A stretch of 50,070 bases of DNA from Anaerolineae bacterium. Lineage in GTDB: Bacteria; Chloroflexota; Anaerolineae; UBA1429. Shown here in pieces: positions 37,793 to 44,252 of this stretch. The notes below the pieces were generated by a model that did not search any database, was not told the DNA's origin, and saw nothing but the letters and a program-made list of their open reading frames with translations. Every line of letters begins with the position of its first letter. The stretch's first letter is position 1. Location: assembly GCA_034436315.1 (NCBI GenBank), contig DAOTVR010000059.1, positions 1-50,070 of the forward strand. Direction: 5' to 3'. Made by a program: the position numbers and the translations under genes.

Positions 37793-39086
37793 TTTGGGCT
37801 CCATCGGCTCTAAGCTCAGCCAAAATCGCCTCGGCGCGGTCCACCCTAATGGCACCCTCGGAGATCAACCGTTCGGCGAGGCGGTCAACCAACTCCCCTG
37901 TAGCCCCGGCAGCCATGGCCACCTGGCGGGCGTGGAGCTTCATATGTCCTTGTTGAATGCCCTCCATCGCCAGGGCGCGGAGAGCGGCCAGGTTTTGCCC
38001 TAGCCCCACCGCAGCCATGACTTCGGCGAGTTCCCGGGCAGTCGTCACGCCGAGGATCTTGAGTGCCAGGCGTGCCTTGGGGTGCACTTTGGTGGCTCCG
38101 CCGACGATCCCTACGGCCAGGGGAAGCTCAATGGAACCCACTAGGTTACCCTGCGCGTCGCGTTCCCAGGTGGAAAGGGGCAAATAGGCCCCAGAGCGGG
38201 CGGCATAAGCGTGCGCGCCGGCTTCAATCGCACGCCAATCGTTGCCCGTGGCGATCGCGACGGCATCTATGCCGTTCATGATTCCCTTGTTATGCGTGGC
38301 TGCACGGTAGGGGTCGGCTACAGCGAAGGCATGGGCCTCCAGCAATCGCTGCACGCCCTGTTCGGCGCTTAGCCCTTCCAGAGCCAACGCTTCTTTAGGA
38401 ACCAGGCACCAAGCGCGAGCCAGCCTGCGGTCGGCTAGGTTGGAGAGGATGCGCAGGACAACGCGCCCGCCACTCACGCGCTCTACCGTCGGCGCCAGGG
38501 CTTCCACGGCGGTATTGACGACATTGGCCCCCATCGCATCGCGCACATCGTAGAGCAAGTGCACGACCAACATCGGCCCCACCGGACTGTTTGGGATCAG
38601 GCGTACCTCTATATCCTTGGCTCCGCCACCCAGCTTGACGATGACGGGATCTTGGGCGTTAGCGAGAGCCAGAAGCTCATCTTTGGCGGCCAAAAGCCGC
38701 TGGCGCGCTGCTGCGGGATCGGCCACATCCAGGACCTGGATCTGGCCGATCATGAGGGGCTCGTCCGAGGAGGTGTGAAACCCTCCCCCCTGGCGCACGA
38801 GCTTGGCGGCGTAGCTCAGCCCGGCAACAACCGAAGGTTCCTCTATGGCCATGGGGATCAAGTAATCGCGGCCATTGATGCGAAAGTTTGTGGCGATGCC
38901 CAGGGGGAGGCCATAGACACCCACTACGTTCTCAATCATGCGCTCGGCCTGGTCAAGGCTCAGTCCGCCTGTATCGCCCAGGAGGGCCAATTCAGCGTCG
39001 CTCAGCGAGGCGAAATCTTGCACACGCTGGGCGCGCTCGTGGGGCGTCAATTGAAAGAAGGCTGGGAGGCGTGAACTGCGTTCCAC
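37782..39086 (-). CDS. Hydroxymethylglutaryl-CoA reductase, class II
   Basis: [69 protein letters not shown] start preceded by GAGGAAAGGAA. Confidence 0.92.
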   Translation of the reverse strand: MERSSRLPAFFQLTPHERAQRVQDFASLSDAELALLGDTGGLSLDQAERMIENVVGVYGLPLGIATNFRINGRDYLIPMAIEEPSVVAGLSYAAKLVRQGGGFHTSSDEPLMIGQIQVLDVADPAAARQRLLAAKDELLALANAQDPVIVKLGGGAKDIEVRLIPNSPVGPMLVVHLLYDVRDAMGANVVNTAVEALAPTVERVSGGRVVLRILSNLADRRLARAWCLVPKEALALEGLSAEQGVQRLLEAHAFAVADPYRAATHNKGIMNGIDAVAIATGNDWRAIEAGAHAYAARSGAYLPLSTWERDAQGNLVGSIELPLAVGIVGGATKVHPKARLALKILGVTTARELAEVMAAVGLGQNLAALRALAMEGIQQGHMKLHARQVAMAAGATGELVDRLAERLISEGAIRVDRAEAILAELRADGAQNAN

Positions 39087-39209
39087 TTCCTTTCCTCGCC
39101 GATCTTATCTGAGCACGATGATACGATGCTAAGCAGTAAGATGATCTGAGAGTCACCGTGCCATCTTGGCACCCGAAAGACCTCTCATCGTACGTATAGG
39201 ATGACCTAA

Positions 39210-39264
39210 ATTATAACAACTGGGGACTGCCAAAAACTGTCAGTAGGTGTCAAAAAGCTGTCAG
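39210..39264 (-). promoter_or_regulatory. Candidate -10 element plus two direct repeats upstream of the mevalonate operon
   Basis: Minus-strand TATAAT (plus coords 39215..39210) lies ~120 nt upstream of the HMGR start. Just upstream are two direct repeats, CTGACAGCTTTTTGACA (39264..39248) and CTGACAGTTTTTGGCA (39243..39228), with starts 21 nt apart. Confidence 0.35.
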
Positions 39265-39405
39265 AAATGGGCTTGGCAAGGGACTCGGGTTAGAGGGGCG
39301 AGAGTAAACCGCCGTTTGGCCTTGAGGCCAGGACATACACTCACCGAATGGCCCTAGGACAGAGGCCAGGAAGCCCCTGCCCTAGGGTGGGGGAGAAAGA
39401 ATGCG

Positions 39406-40131
39406 CTACGCTTGATCGGCAGGCTTGTCATCCTGGGGAGCCGAAAGGTCTCCTAAGGTGAGCTCGCCGTAGCTGGTGCCGCCGGAGGCAGAGGGCGCGG
39501 CCTGCATCTCTATTTGGCCTAACAGATGCGCGCAGACCAGAGTCGCCCAGAAAGTGGTGAAGAAGACGCCCACTCCGCATAGGATGCCGCCCGCTATGCC
39601 AGCTACCAGGAACGCGACCACGGTGAGCAACAGAGCGACGATGTAATCGCCCAAGTTCGCGCCGATGAAGCGGAATATCTCACCGAAACGGAAGAAACTG
39701 GCAAACTCGCCGCTTTTCGCGTACTTGACCACTGCTGCGGGCAAGATGATCCCCGCGGCCAAGGCCCACAGGGCGTAAAGACAGGAGAGCCCGACCGCAC
39801 AGATCCCTGCCACGCTCTGGGCGTCTGACGATCCGCTGGCTCCCGCTATGGCCGATATCGCTGCAGAGAGGCCTTGCAGGATGAACATGGGGATGGCGTA
39901 GATCAGCCAGGCCACAAAGACCATCAGGCCCTTCATAAAGTCTCCACCCCAATCGTCCCATTCGGGCAGGGGCTTTTCCACGCCTTCGGAGACGTTCTTG
40001 AGCGTGCGCAAGGCGTAACCGCCGGGGATAAAGTTCAAGATGGGCACGATGTTCAATAGGCCGCCGATCGCCACCTTCTTGAGCCAATCCTTGTCCTCAA
40101 ACACGTAGCTGAATGACTTGCCGATATCCAT
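39406..40131 (-). CDS. DUF4013 family membrane protein
   Basis: The N-terminus FSYVFEDKDWLKKVAIGGLLNIVPILNFIPGGYALR is the DUF4013 signature. The protein is multi-TM. GGAGGAAT lies directly upstream of the ATG. Confidence 0.8.
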   Translation of the reverse strand: MDIGKSFSYVFEDKDWLKKVAIGGLLNIVPILNFIPGGYALRTLKNVSEGVEKPLPEWDDWGGDFMKGLMVFVAWLIYAIPMFILQGLSAAISAIAGASGSSDAQSVAGICAVGLSCLYALWALAAGIILPAAVVKYAKSGEFASFFRFGEIFRFIGANLGDYIVALLLTVVAFLVAGIAGGILCGVGVFFTTFWATLVCAHLLGQIEMQAAPSASGGTSYGELTLGDLSAPQDDKPADQA

Positions 40132-40339
40132 GATTCCTCCTTTGTTTGGTGCCGCTTTTGGGCGGCCTGATCTCTGGACTACGACTTATCCTACGCGATT
40201 ATACACGAAAAGGTTGCTCCTCTTCAAGGGCGCGAGCATGCCGATTTGCGTGCCGGCAGGCCCGTGAGTAAGCTTGCGATATCAGCAGTGGGGGCGGAGA
40301 TGCTGTCTGCGAAGGTATCCTGGGACACAGGAGTAGAGG

Positions 40340-41791
40340 GTGTATCGTCGTGTCATTGAGGCCTGGCTAGACGCGTTGCCGTTGCGTCGCCAGGTGGTTC
40401 ACTATGTGCGTGCTCAAGGCGTGCGCGCCTATCTTGTCGGGGGGACGGTGCGCGACGCTTTGCTGGGCCGCCAAAGCTACGATTTGGACTTGGCCGTAGA
40501 GGGTCGGGCTATGGCTCTTGCTCGCCAAGTGGCCGACAGGTTTCGCGCGGCCTACGTGCCCCTGGATGTTGAGCGCGATGTGGCTAGGGTCGTGGTACGG
40601 ATTACAGGAGGGGTTCATCACGTTGATTTCGCCGGCCTTCGCGCAGGGGATATTGAGGCCGACCTTTGGGCACGCGACTATACCATCAACGCGATGGCCG
40701 TGGACTTGCAAGATCCCTTAGGAGAGTTGCTCGACCCCACCGGAGGGCAGAGGGATCTCGCCGCCGGGTTGTTGCGCGTCGTTCGTGACGATGCCTTCAG
40801 AGAGGATCCGCTGCGCATTTTGCGCGGGGTGCGCCTACGGGGGGCTTTGGGGTTCGCTTGTACTCCGGAGACCGAGGCCCTGGCCCGAGCTTGGCTTCAT
40901 GCCCTGGGGCGAGTCTCCCCGGAGCGCATTCGTGACGAATTGATGCAAATCTTGGCCCTCCACGATGCGGCTGGCAGCTTGGCCTATGCGCATTCCCTCG
41001 GCTTGTGGAGTGAATTGTTCCCAGAGTTTGCCGGGCAGAGCGTCTCTTTGAGTGAGCAGGCTGTGCGAGTCGTCGCCTCGCTGGAAAAGCTCTTCGGCCC
41101 CTGGACCTGTGGGCAAACATGCACGCCTTTATTGGCCTCTTTGCAGCGCTATCGGCCGGTATTGCTCCAGCGTTGGGCCGAGGAGCTATCTTCGGGGCGC
41201 ACGCGGTGGGTTGTCCTGAAGCTGGCCGCATTGCTAAGCCCGCTCCCCGAGGCGTCTGCACAGGGAGGGCAAGTGGCACGCCGGCTACGTTATAGCGTGC
41301 GGGAGATCCATTTCGTGGAGACCGCTCTCAAGGCGAGCGAGCGCTTGCTGGCTTGGGGGTCGCCGACTCAGTTAGAGCCGGTGGACATATATCGCTATTT
41401 CCGCGAGCTGGACGAGGCAGGGGTAGATGGGGCGTTGCTCGCTTTGGCCGCCTATCATGCTCACAGGGGGGTAGAGGAGAGCGACAAAGCCTGGGCTGCC
41501 CTGTTGGAGCATGTAGAACAGTTGCTCAGGGCCTGGTTTGAGCAGCGGAACACCTTGGTTGAGCCTCCGCAACTGCTATCCGGACATGACCTCTTACAGC
41601 TCTTGGAGATGAGCCCCGGGCCAGATGTCGGACGATGGCTTCAGAGGTTGCGTGAGGCTCAAGTGCAAGGCTTGGTCCATACGCCTGAAGAGGCCTTGGA
41701 TTATCTTCGCGCGCAGATCAAAGGCCGATCCGGGGGATCAGAGGGTCGGCATCGGCCGCAGGCCTCATCTGACACAGGCGCGCAAAGCTAG
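40340..41791 (+). CDS. cca: CCA-adding tRNA nucleotidyltransferase / poly(A) polymerase family protein
   Basis: YLVGGTVRDALLGRQSYDLDLAV (class II nucleotidyltransferase head), RDYTINAMA, EDPLRILRGVR. GTG start. Confidence 0.88.
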   Translation: MYRRVIEAWLDALPLRRQVVHYVRAQGVRAYLVGGTVRDALLGRQSYDLDLAVEGRAMALARQVADRFRAAYVPLDVERDVARVVVRITGGVHHVDFAGLRAGDIEADLWARDYTINAMAVDLQDPLGELLDPTGGQRDLAAGLLRVVRDDAFREDPLRILRGVRLRGALGFACTPETEALARAWLHALGRVSPERIRDELMQILALHDAAGSLAYAHSLGLWSELFPEFAGQSVSLSEQAVRVVASLEKLFGPWTCGQTCTPLLASLQRYRPVLLQRWAEELSSGRTRWVVLKLAALLSPLPEASAQGGQVARRLRYSVREIHFVETALKASERLLAWGSPTQLEPVDIYRYFRELDEAGVDGALLALAAYHAHRGVEESDKAWAALLEHVEQLLRAWFEQRNTLVEPPQLLSGHDLLQLLEMSPGPDVGRWLQRLREAQVQGLVHTPEEALDYLRAQIKGRSGGSEGRHRPQASSDTGAQS

Positions 41792-42046
41792 CACGAATGT
41801 CAAGGCCAGTAAGATCAGGAGGAATACCCCATAGTAGACCAGCCCTCGTCTCAAGAGCTTGTGTCCTTCTCGCAGCTCTTGGTGCCCTGAGGAGATGTTT
41901 TCCCGCCCTGATTTCAGCAGGCCTTTACCCCTCTTGCGTGCTTCGGCGGCACTGCGGTAAAAATGGTAGAGCAAAAGCACGGCCATGCAGAGGAAGGCAA
42001 CCTCTAGTATGGACAAGGGTAAGGCCTCCGGCGGTTTTCGGATCAC
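41765..42046 (-). CDS. Hypothetical small 2-TM membrane protein
   Basis: 93 aa with two hydrophobic helices flanking a basic loop. GTG start with AGGA ~8 nt upstream. The 3' end overlaps cca by 27 nt. No homology recognised. Confidence 0.4.
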   Translation of the reverse strand: MIRKPPEALPLSILEVAFLCMAVLLLYHFYRSAAEARKRGKGLLKSGRENISSGHQELREGHKLLRRGLVYYGVFLLILLALTFVLALRACVR

Positions 42047-42238
42047 ACTCGGATCCTATCCTGTCATATAGCACAATTTCCAACGAGGGGCAATCGCTAT
42101 GGGGCGTTGCAGGGCGGAAGAACGCCGAACTTGCCGATTCCTTCATCGGCATAGGCGCAAGCGCGCAGCTCTTTTGACAAAGTGCATCGGCCATGTTAGC
42201 ATCATCTGATAATCTATTTTACCGGTGGATATCCGATC

Positions 42239-43159
42239 TTGTTGAAGGGAGACCTTTTGGTTTCTGCTCCACATTCTTGGCCACCCTTGGGCCTGAGGCC
42301 GCTGCTTGGGGCTAACGGTACCCAGGCTATGAGGGCCTTGCTCGCCGATGGCGGGGCTGAATTGGTGGACTATCTCAAGGTGGGTCCCTTTATGGGCGAG
42401 GCGGCCATCGCGGAGCTGGCCCCTGCCTATCCCTTGATGCTCCACTTGGATGATACGCTCAGCGGGCATACTGCACCGTCTCGCGAGCTAGTGGAGCGTT
42501 TGGAGCGCTGGATCGCCTTGACCGGGACGCCCTGGACCTCTGAACATATCGGCTTCAGCGTCGCGGACGTGACCTTGGATGGGACGCTTATCACCCAACC
42601 GGCCTCGGCCTTGCTCTCGCGCCAAAGGGCGTTGGAGAACATCGCACGTAACGCTCGCGTTCTAGCTGCCAGCCTCACAGTGCCTCTGATCCTGGAGAAC
42701 GTGCCCTTTTTCCCCAATCTGGCTCATATGCACATCACCGAGCCCGAGTTCATCACCGAGGTTATTGAACGCAGCGGGTGTGATTTGCTGTTAGACCTAG
42801 CCCACGCTCGGGTGAGCGCGAGCGTGTTAAGATGTGACGTCCGCGATTACTTGGCCCGATTGCCGCTCGCGCGCACGGTGGAATTGCATCTGAGCGGGCC
42901 TCGCCCCCTTAAGGAGTTGGACGCAAAGCGACGAGCTCTGGTTGAGGAGAACGCACGAAGTGTGGCGCATCTCATCTCTTTTGGGGAAGACGATCTGGTG
43001 GACGCTCACGCCCCCATGCAGGAAGAAGATTACGCTTTGCTTGAGTGGGTGTTGAGGCGCGCAGAGCCCAAGGCGATCTCCTTGGAGTATTTTCGCCAGC
43101 CTGAAGCCTTGCGAGAGCAGCTCTTGCGACTCAACAGCATCCTGGGGCGGTCCAAGTGA
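42239..43159 (+). CDS. DUF692 / MNIO (MbnB-like, xylose-isomerase-like TIM barrel) family protein, divergent
   Basis: The order of conserved blocks matches DUF692: PLGLRP, VDYLKV, YPLMLHLDDTLSG, TPWTSEHIGFS, LILENVPFFP, TEPEFITEVIERSGCDLLLDLAHARVSA, VELHLSGP, LVDAHAPM, LLEWVL..ISLEY. The start is uncertain: TTG at 42239, or TTG at 42257 with GGGAG 5 nt upstream. Confidence 0.7.
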   Translation: MLKGDLLVSAPHSWPPLGLRPLLGANGTQAMRALLADGGAELVDYLKVGPFMGEAAIAELAPAYPLMLHLDDTLSGHTAPSRELVERLERWIALTGTPWTSEHIGFSVADVTLDGTLITQPASALLSRQRALENIARNARVLAASLTVPLILENVPFFPNLAHMHITEPEFITEVIERSGCDLLLDLAHARVSASVLRCDVRDYLARLPLARTVELHLSGPRPLKELDAKRRALVEENARSVAHLISFGEDDLVDAHAPMQEEDYALLEWVLRRAEPKAISLEYFRQPEALREQLLRLNSILGRSK

Positions 43160-43193
43160 AACCCGCGGCAGCTCTGGAAGAGGAGTGGGATGG

Positions 43194-43775
43194 ATGTCAT
43201 TTCGGCGGCATAAGCGAGGGCGGGCTCATGGCGATCCACATCTGGCGGCGGGGCCGCTTCACCCAACATATGTCCCTCTAGATCGCCGAGCTAAGCCGCG
43301 CTATATCCTGGCAGCCATCTTAATGGCCGTCTTGGTCTTGCCGTTGCTCTTTTGGCTTTCATGGCCGCTCGGGTTCATCTTCAAAGCCAATCCGATCATC
43401 CTGGCCGGCCTGGTGGCTCTGATTGGTGTGGTTATCCTGGGCGCGCTTTGGGTGTGGCGGGCTGCTTCCACGCGGCAAGTCTTTCGGCGGGCACTTCTCA
43501 CGGTGTCCGTCGTGGCTGTGCTCTTGCCGTTGAACGGCTTGCCCTTCCTCTTTTCCGAGGTGGGTCTGGCCCGGAGGGCGGTCACAAATCCCAACGTGCC
43601 GGCCTCGACCACAGGCGTGGCCATGGCGCTGATGATGACCCTTGAAGACGCGGTGGCGGGGATCGTGATCGCGGCGGTGGCCTTGGGGGTGCGTTGGGCA
43701 TTACGGGCCAAAGGAGAACGGGGGCGCTCCCGAAGACAACGTCACGAGGCGGGGACGAAGGGCTCGCTACCGTAA
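43194..43775 (+). CDS. Hypothetical polytopic membrane protein
   Basis: AGGAG lies 8 nt upstream of the ATG at 43194 (track ORF starts at GTG 43185). Four to five hydrophobic helices and an Arg-rich C-terminus. No family recognised. Confidence 0.55.
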   Translation: MSFRRHKRGRAHGDPHLAAGPLHPTYVPLDRRAKPRYILAAILMAVLVLPLLFWLSWPLGFIFKANPIILAGLVALIGVVILGALWVWRAASTRQVFRRALLTVSVVAVLLPLNGLPFLFSEVGLARRAVTNPNVPASTTGVAMALMMTLEDAVAGIVIAAVALGVRWALRAKGERGRSRRQRHEAGTKGSLP

Positions 43776-43807
43776 CGAGGATACGGCAAGGCGTATCCTC
43801 GTTACGG
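43770..43807 (+). terminator. Perfect 16-bp stem hairpin overlapping the stop codon of the upstream gene
   Basis: CCGTAACGAGGATACG-GCAAGG-CGTATCCTCGTTACGG. The downstream T-tract is weak (TCATTT), so intrinsic-terminator function is plausible but not certain. Confidence 0.5.
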
Positions 43808-43811
43808 TCAT

Positions 43812-43839
43812 TTGACATCCCTGCCCGTTCGGCTATACT
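43812..43839 (+). promoter_or_regulatory. Candidate promoter for the tRNA-Ala pair (TTGACA-16-TATACT)
   Basis: Perfect -35 TTGACA at 43812-43817, 16-nt spacer, TATACT at 43834-43839, ending 12 nt before the first tRNA. Confidence 0.5.
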
Positions 43840-43851
43840 TTTTGTTGTTGG

Positions 43852-43927
<76 letters not shown>

Positions 43928-43968
43928 CCTCAAGTGGCTTTTAGGGCCTAGATTGTGATCAACCTTCT

Positions 43969-44041
<73 letters not shown>

Positions 44042-44058
44042 CTGTTTAGGTAGAGGCT

Positions 44059-44099
44059 AAAAAGGACCCCTTCAGCGGTTAGGAAGGGGTCCTTTTGTT
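44059..44099 (+). terminator. Rho-independent terminator after the tRNA pair
   Basis: AAAAGGACCCCTT-loop-AAGGGGTCCTTTT followed by GTT. GC-rich 13-bp stem with flanking A and T tracts. Confidence 0.75.
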
Positions 44100-44120
44100 C
44101 CGAGAACGGGCCTCGGTCAG

Positions 44121-44149
44121 TTGACAGGGGTTACCCTTGGTGGTACAAG
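44121..44149 (+). promoter_or_regulatory. Candidate promoter for leuS (TTGACA-17-TACAAG with TGG upstream)
   Basis: Perfect -35 at 44121-44126, 17-nt spacer, weak -10 TACAAG at 44144-44149. Confidence 0.3.
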
Positions 44150-44252
44150 TAGCCGATCTGCTGCTTGTTGCTCTGGTGGCAGAGTAGGGGATTTCGTCTC
44201 TTTTGCGGGGATATAGACTGGGTCTGAGCGACCTCATTCATGGAGGAGTGAG

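Noticed and set aside
42099-42209. 36-codon ORF (MGRCRAEERRTCRF...) upstream of the MNIO gene as a possible Cys-containing precursor
   Set aside because: It has no Shine-Dalgarno site, an Arg-rich composition typical of random high-GC frames, and no leader/core logic. It also overlaps the region of other spurious frames.
30517-43159. Idea that the DUF692/MNIO enzyme modifies the CXXX tail
   Set aside because: The genes are ~10 kb apart on opposite strands with unrelated housekeeping genes between them. Nothing in the sequence links them, so this remains speculation only.
44100-44252. T-box leader upstream of leuS, suggested by GGTGGTAC resembling the T-box core
   Set aside because: The available leader is only ~150 nt. 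I saw no Stem I/specifier architecture or terminator/antiterminator pair. The motif coincides better with a TTGACA-17-TACAAG promoter.
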